Of a DNA stretch of 64,000 nt, positions 14,248 to 23,680 are shown piece by piece. The notes beneath the pieces are model-generated. The model did no database searches. It saw only the letters and a program-made list of their open reading frames with translations, and was not told where the DNA came from. The position numbers and the translations under genes were made by a program. Every line of letters starts with the position of its first letter. The first letter of the stretch is position 1. The DNA is from an uncultured Actinomycetes bacterium (GTDB lineage Bacteria; Actinomycetota; Thermoleophilia; RBG-16-64-13). The DNA is taken from contig CAVPLM010000017.1 in the NCBI GenBank assembly GCA_963706025.1, forward strand, positions 8,058 to 72,057, given 5' to 3'.

Positions 14248-15048
14248 ATGGCTGAACCAGCAAGACTGACGGTTGACGAGCTCCGTAACATCTTCGATCT
14301 GACCGGCAAAGTGGCGGTAGTGACCGGCGGGGGCGGTGCGCTCGGCCAGGCCTGCGCGAGAGGTCTGGCAGCGCACGGCGCCGATGTCGCCGTCGTCGAC
14401 CTGAAGGTCGACCTCATGGACACGATCGTCTCGGAGATCACCGCCTTGGGCCGCAAGGCAGTCCCGTACGGGTGCAACGTTACCGACGAGGCCGGTGTCC
14501 AGGGCGTGATGGACGGTGTCGCCAAGGAATTCGGGAAGGTGGACATCCTCGTCACCACGGCGGGCATCGCCGGGAACCGCCAACCCGCCGAGACGTTCGA
14601 CATGGCCGAATGGCAGAAGGTGATGGACGTCAACGTCCGCGGCACCCTCCTTTGCGCGAAGGCCGCCAGCGGCTACATGATCAAGCAGGGCGGGGGCAAG
14701 GTCGTCACCATCGGCTCGGTACGGGGCTTCCTCGGCCATCCCGGCGGGTATGCGGCATACGGCACTTCCAAGGGTGCCGTTCAGCTGCTCACCAAACAGC
14801 TGGCGACTGAGTGGGCGAAGTATCACATCAACGTGAACTCCATCGCCCCCGCCATCTTCTGGACGCCGCTTACGCAGCAGATCCTCGACGACCCGAAGAT
14901 GTATGAGCTCTTCATGCAGCGTATTCCCTGGGGCCGGGCCGCAATACCGGACGATTTCGTGGGTGCCGTCGTCTATCTCTCGTCTCGAGCCTCTGATTTC
15001 GTGACCGGTCTCATCCTGTCCGTCGACGGCGGCGCGGTGGCCGGATGA
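14248..15048 (+). CDS. SDR oxidoreductase; probable phloroglucinol reductase
   Basis: TGGGGALG, YGTSK catalytic motif, INVNSIAP; next to the cyclase and transhydroxylase. Confidence 0.8.
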   Translation: MAEPARLTVDELRNIFDLTGKVAVVTGGGGALGQACARGLAAHGADVAVVDLKVDLMDTIVSEITALGRKAVPYGCNVTDEAGVQGVMDGVAKEFGKVDILVTTAGIAGNRQPAETFDMAEWQKVMDVNVRGTLLCAKAASGYMIKQGGGKVVTIGSVRGFLGHPGGYAAYGTSKGAVQLLTKQLATEWAKYHINVNSIAPAIFWTPLTQQILDDPKMYELFMQRIPWGRAAIPDDFVGAVVYLSSRASDFVTGLILSVDGGAVAG

Positions 15049-16007
15049 TGAAGCTGGAAGATGTCAAGAGGATCGCCATTATCGGTGGCGGCAACATGGG
15101 CCACGGCTGCGCCATGGTGTTTGCCGGCGCCGGCTACCCGGTCGGTCTCTACAGCCGCAGGGCCGAGACTCTGCAGAAGGCCGTCGAAGGCATGCGCGCC
15201 GACCTGACTTTCTTGGCCGAACGTGGTCTCGGAAAGCTCGAGGAAGTCGAGGCGACCATGGCCCGCGTGACGACCACGCAGGTCATGGAAGAAGCGGCCG
15301 CCGATGCCGACTTCGTGCTGGAGTGCGTCGCCGAGGATATGGCCCTCAAACAGGACACCTTCCAGAAGCTGGACCAGATGTGCAAGCCGGATGCGATCCT
15401 GGCCACGAACACCTCGGTGATGAGCCCGACTGAGATCGCGAGCAAGTCGGCCATAAGGCAGAGGATCCTGGGCACCCACTGGTGGAACCCGCCCTTCCTG
15501 ATCCCGCTCGTCGAGGTAGTGCAGACGGAAGAGACGCCACCCTGGGTGATCGATGTCACGATGGATCTTCATCGTGCGATCGGCAAGCACCCGGTGCATT
15601 GCCGCAAGGACGTGCCCGGCTTTGTCGCGAACAGGCTGCAGCACGCGCTGTGGCGGGAGGCCGTGTCGATCGTGGAGCGGGGCATCGCCGACGCCGCCAC
15701 CGTGGACGAGAGTCTCAAGTACGGCCCGGGTCTCAGGTTGCCCGTGCTGGCTCCGCTCGAGAACGCCGACATGGTCGGCCTGGACCTTACCCTGTCCATA
15801 CACAGCTATGTGCTAAAACACCTGGAGGATTCCCACGAGCCTTCCCCGCTCCTCAAGGAGAAGGTGGAGAAGGGCGAGCTGGGCTTCAAGACCGGCGGGG
15901 TCGGGTTCCAGGAATGGACGCCGGAGGCGCAGAAGGCGCTGCGCGCCAATCTACTCACCTACTTGACCAAGGCCGTCCGTGAGATGAAGGAGGCCGAGGC
16001 CACGTAA
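15045..16007 (+). CDS. 3-hydroxyacyl-CoA dehydrogenase-family protein; probable 3-hydroxy-5-oxohexanoate dehydrogenase
   Basis: IIGGGNMG, ECVAEDMALKQ, ATNTS, GTHWWNPP, PGFVANRLQ. Confidence 0.85.
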   Translation: MMKLEDVKRIAIIGGGNMGHGCAMVFAGAGYPVGLYSRRAETLQKAVEGMRADLTFLAERGLGKLEEVEATMARVTTTQVMEEAAADADFVLECVAEDMALKQDTFQKLDQMCKPDAILATNTSVMSPTEIASKSAIRQRILGTHWWNPPFLIPLVEVVQTEETPPWVIDVTMDLHRAIGKHPVHCRKDVPGFVANRLQHALWREAVSIVERGIADAATVDESLKYGPGLRLPVLAPLENADMVGLDLTLSIHSYVLKHLEDSHEPSPLLKEKVEKGELGFKTGGVGFQEWTPEAQKALRANLLTYLTKAVREMKEAEAT

Positions 16008-16112
16008 CGGCCGGCGCGCCACGAAGAGCGAGCCGGCGACGACGGACAATCCGGGCGCACTGGACGCCCGTATGTCGAAACTGTAACGAGAAGAAGGAGA
16101 AAAAGGAACACC

Positions 16113-17072
16113 ATGGGAAAGAAAGTATTCGTAGACCTGACCCATCCATTCAGTGCGGAGATTCCTCGCTGGCCGTATTTCGTTAAGCCGGTCATCGATT
16201 CGATGCACACCTTGGCAAAGGGCGGCGTCCTCACGCAGAGAGTCGATTGTGTTCAGCACACAGGTACTCATGCGGACGCACCTCGTCACGTTATGGAACG
16301 CGAATTCAACGGCAAAAGAGCTCGTTATACCCATGAAATGCCTGTTGACGCGTACACGGGTGACGCAGTCTGCCTCGAGATCAAGATCCACAAGTGGGGC
16401 CTGATCCTGCCCGAGCATCTCGAGGATGCCTGCAAGAGGGCGAACATCAAGCCGGAAGAGCTCAAGGGCATGGTTGTCTGCCTGAATACCGGCATGCATC
16501 GCCTGTTCGACGACTCCAAAGACTACTACCACTATGCCTGCGGTACCGGCGTCGAGGCCGGCAAGTGGTTCGTGAAGCACCAGGTCAAGTGCGTTGCCAT
16601 GGATTCGCAGGCACTGGATCATCCGCTTCATACGGCTATGGGCAAAAACGGCCCACCGCAGATGAATCTGCCCGGAGCTTCGGGCAAGCCTATCACGGTA
16701 GAATATGCCGAGCAGTTCGGTGAAGAAGCGTATGCCGAATTTGAGAAAGCGGCCTACATCAAGCTGCATGGCCAAGCCGCTTATGATGCCAAATTCGGTG
16801 ATCTCGAAGCGCTTGGAAATGAGGGAACCTGGGAACCCTGCCACAAGCAGATGCTGGGTCACGGCATCGTCGGCGTCGAGAACCTGGGCGGAGACTTGGA
16901 CAAGGTGTCCGGCAAGCGCTTCCGCTTCTTCTGCTTCCCGATCCGCTGGTACATGGGTGACGGCTCGATGGTCCGCTGCGTGGCCGAGATCGACGAAGAC
17001 GACCTGAACGACGTTCCGGATAGGACGTACACGTACTGCGGTACTGGGTACGGCCCGATCTCCGGTTATTGA
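16113..17072 (+). CDS. Cyclase-family metal hydrolase; probable dihydrophloroglucinol cyclohydrolase
   Basis: VDLTHP, HTGTHADAPRH (HxGTHxDxPxH), GVENL, GDGSMVR. Confidence 0.85.
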   Translation: MGKKVFVDLTHPFSAEIPRWPYFVKPVIDSMHTLAKGGVLTQRVDCVQHTGTHADAPRHVMEREFNGKRARYTHEMPVDAYTGDAVCLEIKIHKWGLILPEHLEDACKRANIKPEELKGMVVCLNTGMHRLFDDSKDYYHYACGTGVEAGKWFVKHQVKCVAMDSQALDHPLHTAMGKNGPPQMNLPGASGKPITVEYAEQFGEEAYAEFEKAAYIKLHGQAAYDAKFGDLEALGNEGTWEPCHKQMLGHGIVGVENLGGDLDKVSGKRFRFFCFPIRWYMGDGSMVRCVAEIDEDDLNDVPDRTYTYCGTGYGPISGY

Positions 17073-17135
17073 CATTCGGTCCGGCCTCGCTCGTCGTAAG
17101 GCGAGGGGGTCGGTCCGGTACGGAATGTTGTATGC

Positions 17136-17170
17136 AGCCCCCCGCCGGTTATTCGGCGGGGGGCTTTCTT
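17136..17170 (+). terminator. Intrinsic terminator after the cyclase gene
   Basis: AGCCCCCCGCCG-GTTATT-CGGCGGGGGGCT-TTCTT. Confidence 0.75.
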
Positions 17171-17216
17171 GGTGCGGCTCCCGCTCCCCCGACAGCGGTT
17201 CACTTGCTGGGATGTT

Positions 17217-17233
17217 ATTCCGCAGAACGGGAT
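17217..17233. promoter_or_regulatory. Putative operator ATTCCR-N5-CGGRAT (copy 2)
   Basis: ATTCCG-CAGAA-CGGGAT, upstream of a TAGAAT -10 box and athL. Confidence 0.5.
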
Positions 17234-17380
17234 ACTGCATTGAGAAGCCTGCGGGATGCCCGTGGAGACCGCGGGTGCCCGTGGGTTTCGCGTGTAGAAT
17301 GAAGCCGATACCAGAGTCCGAGTGCCGGTCGTGCCACAGGGGGCAAGGGCCGCAACAAGGTGAACGGAGGTAAGGCACGC

Positions 17381-19981
17381 ATGGGAAAAGTGGAACGGCT
17401 GACAAACTGTACGACGGGCGGTCCCGTATTCGTGGATGTGAAAGACGGCAAGATCATCCGCATGACGCCCATCGACCTGGATGAGCACGATGCACAGGGC
17501 TGGACGATCGAGGCTCGGGGGCGCGAATTCAAGCCCCGGAGGCGGACCACGCTGTCTCCACACGCCGTGGCTCAGAAGTCGATGGTCTACTCACCCAAAA
17601 GGATCCTGACCCCGCTCAAGCGGGTCGATTTCGACCCGAAGGGCGCCCGCAACATGCAGAACCGGGGCGTGTCTGGATACGAGCCCATTTCGTGGGACGA
17701 GGCCCTTGACATCGTCTGCGATGAGGTCGTCCGGGTGAAGAGGGAGGTCGGTCCGGCGGCGATCCTCTCTACTCCGGGTTCCCACCACCTGTGGGGGAAT
17801 GTGGGTTATCGCCACAGCACGTATTTCCGCTTCATGAACCTGGTCGGCTTCACCTACGGTGAGCACAACCCCGACAGCTGGGAAGGTTGGCACTGGGGCG
17901 GCATGCACATGTGGGGCAACAGCCACCGTTTGGGCATCCCCGAGCAGTACGATCTGCTCGAGGACGCCCTCAAGCACACCGACATGGTCGTCTTCTGGTC
18001 CTCAGACCCGGAGACCAGCGGGGGCGGCATCTACTCGGCCTTCGAGAGCACCCCGCGCCGCTTCTGGATGAAGGAGCTCGGGATCAAGATGGTGTTCGTC
18101 GATCCCTACTTCAACCACACCGCCGGACTGTACGCCGACAAATGGTTCTCGCCTCGTCTGGGGACCGACGTGGCTTTCGGGCTGGGCATCGCCTTCACCT
18201 GGCTCACCGAGGATCTCTACGACAAGCAGTATGTGACCGATCGCACCGTCGGCTTTGACGAGTGGAAGGACTACGTGCTCGGTAAGAGCGACGGCGTTCC
18301 CAAGACGCCGGAGTGGGCCGAAGTCGAGAGCGGCATCCCCGCGCGTGAGATCCGGGCTCTGGCTCGCGAGTGGGGCTCCAAGAAGACCATGCTGGCCGCC
18401 GGCGGCCTGGGCGGCTGGGGCGGCGCCTGCCGTGCGGCCACAGGCAACGAGTGGGCTCGGGTCATGATCGCCCTAGCGGCGATGCAGGGTTACGGCAAGC
18501 CGGGCAGCAACATCTGGGGCACCTCGCAGGGTGCTCCGGCCGACGAGTCGTTCTTCTTCCCGGGCTACGCGGAGGGCGGAATCTCCGGCGACGTCGACAA
18601 CTCGGCCGCTGGGTACGAATTCGTGTATCGGATGTTCGCGAACACCCGCGGGGCCACTCGGACCGCTCATCACTCGACCGAAGGCCAGACGGTGCCGCGG
18701 ATCCGGATCCCCGAGGCCATGATGCACGAAAAGGTGGAGTGGAGAGGCAAAGGCTTCTGCGGCTCGTCCATCGAGTCGCAGTTTCAGAAGTACGAGTATC
18801 CCGCACCAGGCTATCCGCATGTGGAGATGTACTGGAAGTACGGCACCTCTTTCATCGGCACGATGACCGAGACCAACCGCTATGTGACGGCGTATCGGGA
18901 AGGCAAAGTGCCTTTCGTGGTCAACCAGTCCATCTGGTTCGAAGGGGAAGCCCGGTTCGCAGACGTCATCCTGCCGGCCTGCACCAACTTCGAGCGCTGG
19001 GACATCAGCGAGTTCGCCAACTGCTCGGGCTACATCCCTCATACCGGTGCCGGCCAGTGCAACCACCGGATGATCGTATTGCAGAAGAAGTGCATCGAGC
19101 CCCTTGGGGAGAGCAAGTCGGACTACGAAATCTACCGCATGTTCGCGGAGCGGCTGGGCATCGGCGAGATCTTCACGATGGGCGGCAAGGACGAATACCA
19201 GTGGGTCAAGGACTACTTCGACGCCACCGACCTGCCGAAGAACATCAGCTGGAAGGATTTCGAGAAGAAGGGCTACTACGTGGTGCCCTTCCCGGCCGAC
19301 CACAAATCCACCCCGGCCATGCGCTGGTTCGCCGAAGGGCGCAAGAAGGACACGCCGGACTGGGGCCCGCATCCCGCGGACACCGTCGCGCTGGAAGGTC
19401 TGCAGACTACGACCGGCAAGATCGAGTTCGTGTCGAGCAGCCTGAAGCGCTTCGAAGCCGGCGGGGTCGTCGATCCCGAACGGCCGATCATGGGCCCGCA
19501 GTACATCCCGTCCTGGGAGGGCCATCGCACCGAAGAGCTTGTCGTCAAGTACCCGCTGCAGATGGTCTCCCCGCACCCGCGCTTCAGCTTCCACACCATG
19601 GGCGACAGCAAGGAGAGCTGGCTGAACGAGGTGAAGGACCACCGGGTGCTGGTGAACGGCCACCGCTACTGGATCATGCGCCTGAACACCAAGGACGCGG
19701 AGGCTCGTGGCATCGAAGAGGGCAACCTCATCCGGGCGTTCAACGATCGCGGCTCGGTGATCCTCGCCGCCCAGGTGGGCGAGCGGGTACCCGCGGGCAC
19801 GGTGCACTCCTACGAGTCCTGCGCCGACTACCTGCCGCTGGGTGAACCCGGGTATTCGCCGGACACTGCAGGGTGCGTTAACATTCTCGCGCCTAAGCGC
19901 TTCATAACGCCGACGTCCACGGCCATGGCCAACAACTCCTGCCTTATCCAGGTGGAGAAATGGGAGGGAGAAACTAAATGA
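17381..19981 (+). CDS. athL: Pyrogallol:phloroglucinol transhydroxylase alpha (Mo-bisPGD) subunit
   Basis: Recalled Pelobacter AthL motifs are retained: TGGPVFV, SHHLWGNVGYRHSTYFRF, HNPDSWEGWHWGGMHMWG (Ser ligand), GGLGGWGGACR, FPGYAEGGISGD, ANCSGYIP. Confidence 0.92.
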   Translation: MGKVERLTNCTTGGPVFVDVKDGKIIRMTPIDLDEHDAQGWTIEARGREFKPRRRTTLSPHAVAQKSMVYSPKRILTPLKRVDFDPKGARNMQNRGVSGYEPISWDEALDIVCDEVVRVKREVGPAAILSTPGSHHLWGNVGYRHSTYFRFMNLVGFTYGEHNPDSWEGWHWGGMHMWGNSHRLGIPEQYDLLEDALKHTDMVVFWSSDPETSGGGIYSAFESTPRRFWMKELGIKMVFVDPYFNHTAGLYADKWFSPRLGTDVAFGLGIAFTWLTEDLYDKQYVTDRTVGFDEWKDYVLGKSDGVPKTPEWAEVESGIPAREIRALAREWGSKKTMLAAGGLGGWGGACRAATGNEWARVMIALAAMQGYGKPGSNIWGTSQGAPADESFFFPGYAEGGISGDVDNSAAGYEFVYRMFANTRGATRTAHHSTEGQTVPRIRIPEAMMHEKVEWRGKGFCGSSIESQFQKYEYPAPGYPHVEMYWKYGTSFIGTMTETNRYVTAYREGKVPFVVNQSIWFEGEARFADVILPACTNFERWDISEFANCSGYIPHTGAGQCNHRMIVLQKKCIEPLGESKSDYEIYRMFAERLGIGEIFTMGGKDEYQWVKDYFDATDLPKNISWKDFEKKGYYVVPFPADHKSTPAMRWFAEGRKKDTPDWGPHPADTVALEGLQTTTGKIEFVSSSLKRFEAGGVVDPERPIMGPQYIPSWEGHRTEELVVKYPLQMVSPHPRFSFHTMGDSKESWLNEVKDHRVLVNGHRYWIMRLNTKDAEARGIEEGNLIRAFNDRGSVILAAQVGERVPAGTVHSYESCADYLPLGEPGYSPDTAGCVNILAPKRFITPTSTAMANNSCLIQVEKWEGETK

Positions 19982-20817
19982 AGAAGTGGAACATGGTCAT
20001 CGACCTTGCCCGCTGTCACGACTGCAACGACTGCTTCTTGGCCGACAAGGACGAGTTCGTAGGCAATGACTTTCCGCCGTACTCCCTGGCTCAGCCCTGG
20101 TCGGGTCACCGCTGGATGAACATCGAGCGCAAAGAGCGGGGCCAGTATCCCATCGTCCAGGTGTGCTACCTGCCGCGTCCCTGCATGCACTGTGACGAGC
20201 CCCACTGCCTGAGGGACTCGCCCAAGAAGACGATCGAGAAGCGCAAAGACGGCATCGTTCTCATCGATCCCAAGAAGGCCAAAGGCCACCCGGAGATCGT
20301 AGACACCTGCCCCTACGGCTCCATCTACTGGAACGAGGAAGCTCAAGTGGCCCAGAAATGCACGGGCTGCGTGCATCTGCTCGAGGATGACTGGACCGAG
20401 ACCCGCTGCTCGCAGGTGTGCCCCACCGAGGCCATCAAGCTGGTCATGGCCGAGGACGAAGACATGGCCGCGATGGTAGCCGCCGAAGGACTGGAGGTCA
20501 TGCATCCCGAGTTCGGCACCAAGCCTCGGGTCTACTATAAGAACCTCTACCGCTGGACGAAGGTGTTCGTTTCCGGCAGCGTGGCCTACGCAGACACCGA
20601 TGAGTGTGCAGAAGGCGCCCGCGTGATGGTGGCCGAAGTGGGCCATTCGGTGGGCGAGGGCGTGGTCAACAACTACGGCGAGTTCGTTGTCGACAAGCTC
20701 GAGCCGGGCAAAACGTACACCGTCGTCGTAACCGCCGGGGGGTACCAACCCTATTCGGCCGATGTCACCCTGGACAAGAGCCTCAACATAGGGCTGATAC
20801 AGCTCGAAAAGGCCTAG
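19978..20817 (+). CDS. bthL: Transhydroxylase beta (Fe-S) subunit
   Basis: CHDCNDC, CMHCDEPHC, degenerate IDPKKAKG...TCPY, CTGC...CSQVC; C-terminal beta-sandwich domain. Confidence 0.88.
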   Translation: MKKWNMVIDLARCHDCNDCFLADKDEFVGNDFPPYSLAQPWSGHRWMNIERKERGQYPIVQVCYLPRPCMHCDEPHCLRDSPKKTIEKRKDGIVLIDPKKAKGHPEIVDTCPYGSIYWNEEAQVAQKCTGCVHLLEDDWTETRCSQVCPTEAIKLVMAEDEDMAAMVAAEGLEVMHPEFGTKPRVYYKNLYRWTKVFVSGSVAYADTDECAEGARVMVAEVGHSVGEGVVNNYGEFVVDKLEPGKTYTVVVTAGGYQPYSADVTLDKSLNIGLIQLEKA

Positions 20818-20872
20818 ACCGCGAGTATCCGACCGCCGCGGCCGCATCGCGGCCGCGCGTGCTGCGACCATC

Positions 20873-20896
20873 GGGGCCCGCCGCAAGGCGGGCCCC
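20873..20896 (+). terminator. GC hairpin after bthL
   Basis: GGGGCCCGCC-GCAA-GGCGGGCCCC; no U-tract. Confidence 0.5.
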
Positions 20897-20977
20897 GAAG
20901 CCTTGGGCGAAACGCCAGAGGGCGCGCCGCTCTGTCGGGGGATCGACCCTCGCAGCCGTCTATGCGTGGCCCCCACA

Positions 20978-21022
20978 CGCCGCTAAACTGGGATTCGTCG
21001 ACGCCCAAGCGAAGGGGGATGC
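20978..21022 (+). promoter_or_regulatory. Repeated promoter/RBS cassette, copy 1
   Basis: CGCCGC-TAAACT...GTCGACGC...AAGGGGGA; -10 starts 39 nt before the ATG. Confidence 0.65.
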
Positions 21023-23629
21023 ATGCCAGACGGGAAGGAGCGGGCCGGAGGGGGCGAGAAGACCATAGTCCGCGACCTCAGTTGGTGCGGGGTGGGTGCC
21101 GGTGCTAACGCATCGATGGTGGACGTGAAGGGTGGCAAGATACTCCGCATCCGTCCCGCCCGCTATTACGAGCGGTACAGCAAAGAAGAGGTCAAGCCCT
21201 GGGTCATGCACGCTCGGGGCAGGACTTTCGAGCCCAGCGAAAAGAGCCTCATCCCTCCGCTCAGTATCGCCTACAAGAAGCGAGTCTACTCCCCGGCCCG
21301 CATACGCTTCCCTATGAGGCGGGTCGATTTCGATCCCAGGCGCCAAGCGGAGAGGCGCAACCCTCAGAACCGGGGAGCGAGCAAGTACGTCCGTATCTCC
21401 TGGGACGAGGCCCTCGAGATCATCACGAGCGAGATGCTCCGCATCAAGGAGACGTACGGTCCCACCGCCCTCCTCTACCAGTCCGACCAGCACGGCGAGA
21501 ACAAGGTGGTGCACGGTCCCCACGGCTGCGGGCGCAAGCTGCTCAGGCTCTTTGGCGGCTACACCCTTCAGGTCCGCCAGCCCGACAGCTGGGAGGGCTG
21601 GTGGTGGGGGGCGAAGCACGTGTGGGGCTGCGAGCCGGTCGGCCAGCAGATGCCTCAGAAGAATCTCCTTCTCGACATCTCCGAGAACGCCGAACTCCTC
21701 CTCTTCTGGGGTTGCGACCAGGAGACCAACACGTGGGGATGGCAGGGGCAACTGCCCAGCCGCTTGACCTATTGGTGGACCGAGCTCGGCATCAAGCAGA
21801 TTTATGTCGCCCCGGACTGCAACTACGCCAACGCGGTCCACGCCGACAAGTGGATCCCCGTCCTTCCCAACACCGACGCCGCCCTCTATCTGGCCATCGC
21901 CCATCACTGGTTCAAGAACGGGACCTACGACAAGGAGTACCTCCACAGCCACGCCTACGGGGTGGACAAGTTCGAAGCCTACGTCATGGGCGAGGAAGAC
22001 GGGGTCGCGAAGACCCCCGAATGGGCGGCCCCGATCACCGGGGTTCCTTCGCGCACCATCAAGGCGCTGGCGCAGGAGTGGGCCTCCAAGCGCACCACGG
22101 TCGTTATCTGCAACGGGGGCCCGGGCATCCGCGGCCCCTATGCGACCGAGCCGGCCCGGCTGCAGGTGCTCTGCCTGGCCATGCAGGGACTGGGCAGACC
22201 GGGCTGCAACCAGGCCAAGATGATCGAGTGGGGTCTGCACCATGACCTGGAACAGATGTCGCCCCCGGCGCCCTCGGTGTTCACCAGCCTGCTCGACGCC
22301 TACACGGGTGGTACTCCGGCCGACACCAATCACCCCTCGTTCCTCCCCAAGACCCTGGTGCCCAAGGCCATCCTGGAAGGGTCGTGCGACTGGTGGGGCA
22401 ACGAGAGCGAGTTTGCCGTCCGCGAGAACCAGTTCGTGCACTACAAGTACCCGGCCGACGGCTGCTCGCGGGTCCACATGATCTGGACCGATTCCCCCTC
22501 CTGGATAACCTGCTGGAACGACGGCAACAACTTCATCCGGGCCCTGCGCGACGAGTCGATCGAGTTCATCTTCTGCCAGCACCCCTGGCTGGAGAACGAC
22601 GCCCTGTTCGCCGACGTCATCCTACCGGTGAACACCAAGCTGGAGGAGGACGACATCGGCAGCGACGTGTTCGGAGGGCAGATGAACCTGCTCTTCCCGG
22701 AGCCTAGGTGTATGGAGCCCCTGGGCGAGTCATGCAGCGACTACGAAGCTGTGTGCAAGATCGCCGAACGGCTGGGGCTGCTGGAGGAGTACACAGGGGG
22801 TAAGACCATCCCCGAACTGATCAAGCTCGGCTACGAGACTTCCGGCGCCGGCCATCTTGTGACTTGGGAACGATTGCAGGAGAAGGGCTACTACGTGGTC
22901 CCGCCCGATCCCGACTGGGAGAAGATCCCAGCCGGGCTCATCCAGTTCTACGAGGATCCAGAGGGGAAACCGCTCACCACGCCTACCGGCAAGCTGGAGT
23001 TCTATGCGACCGGCCTGGCCGAGCATTTCCCCGACGACGACGAGCGAGGGCCCGTGCCGAAGTGGATCGCGCAGGGCGAGACTCACGAAGAGAGCTTGGG
23101 GACCGAGCGGAGTAATAGGTATCCCCTGCTGGTCATGAGCAACCATCCCCGCTGGGGGGTCCACTCCCAGCACGACGACATCACCTGGTTTCGGGAGATC
23201 GAGACCTGCAAGGTTCGGGGCTCGGACGGCTACCAGTATCATCCCCTGTGGATGAACCCCAAGGACGCCGAAGCCCGAGGCATCAAGAAGGGCGACGTGG
23301 TCGGCATCTTCAACGAGCGGGGCATGGTCCTCGCCGGCGCCTACGTGACCGAACGCATAATGCCTGGGGTGGTGGGGATCGACCACGGGGCGAAATACGA
23401 CCCCATCGTCCCCGGTGAGATCGACCGGGGCGGAGCTATCAACACCATCGTCCCCCGCAACACGACCTCCAAGAACGCGGTGGGAATGGTCGTATCCGGT
23501 TTTCTCGCGGAAGTGGAAAAGGCCGATCTGGAGGCTTTGAAGGCCAAATACCCCGAAGTCTTCGGGCGCGAGTGCCACCCGGCTGCCGGCCCGTGCCTGG
23601 CCGGAGTGCTCATGGAGGCTGTGGAGTGA
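21023..23629 (+). CDS. AthL-family Mo-bisPGD enzyme alpha subunit, paralog 1 (substrate unknown)
   Basis: VDVKGGKILRIRP, ISWDEAL, QPDSWEGWWWG, SNHPRWGVHSQ; no Tat signal, no FS0 motif. Confidence 0.88.
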   Translation: MPDGKERAGGGEKTIVRDLSWCGVGAGANASMVDVKGGKILRIRPARYYERYSKEEVKPWVMHARGRTFEPSEKSLIPPLSIAYKKRVYSPARIRFPMRRVDFDPRRQAERRNPQNRGASKYVRISWDEALEIITSEMLRIKETYGPTALLYQSDQHGENKVVHGPHGCGRKLLRLFGGYTLQVRQPDSWEGWWWGAKHVWGCEPVGQQMPQKNLLLDISENAELLLFWGCDQETNTWGWQGQLPSRLTYWWTELGIKQIYVAPDCNYANAVHADKWIPVLPNTDAALYLAIAHHWFKNGTYDKEYLHSHAYGVDKFEAYVMGEEDGVAKTPEWAAPITGVPSRTIKALAQEWASKRTTVVICNGGPGIRGPYATEPARLQVLCLAMQGLGRPGCNQAKMIEWGLHHDLEQMSPPAPSVFTSLLDAYTGGTPADTNHPSFLPKTLVPKAILEGSCDWWGNESEFAVRENQFVHYKYPADGCSRVHMIWTDSPSWITCWNDGNNFIRALRDESIEFIFCQHPWLENDALFADVILPVNTKLEEDDIGSDVFGGQMNLLFPEPRCMEPLGESCSDYEAVCKIAERLGLLEEYTGGKTIPELIKLGYETSGAGHLVTWERLQEKGYYVVPPDPDWEKIPAGLIQFYEDPEGKPLTTPTGKLEFYATGLAEHFPDDDERGPVPKWIAQGETHEESLGTERSNRYPLLVMSNHPRWGVHSQHDDITWFREIETCKVRGSDGYQYHPLWMNPKDAEARGIKKGDVVGIFNERGMVLAGAYVTERIMPGVVGIDHGAKYDPIVPGEIDRGGAINTIVPRNTTSKNAVGMVVSGFLAEVEKADLEALKAKYPEVFGRECHPAAGPCLAGVLMEAVE

Positions 23630-23635
23630 TGCCTG

Positions 23636-23680
23636 CGCCGTTACACTAGGATCTGTCGACGCGTGACGTAAGGGGGACAT
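23636..23680 (+). promoter_or_regulatory. Repeated promoter/RBS cassette, copy 2
   Basis: CGCCGT-TACACT...GTCGACGC...AAGGGGGA; -10 starts 39 nt before the ATG. Confidence 0.65.
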
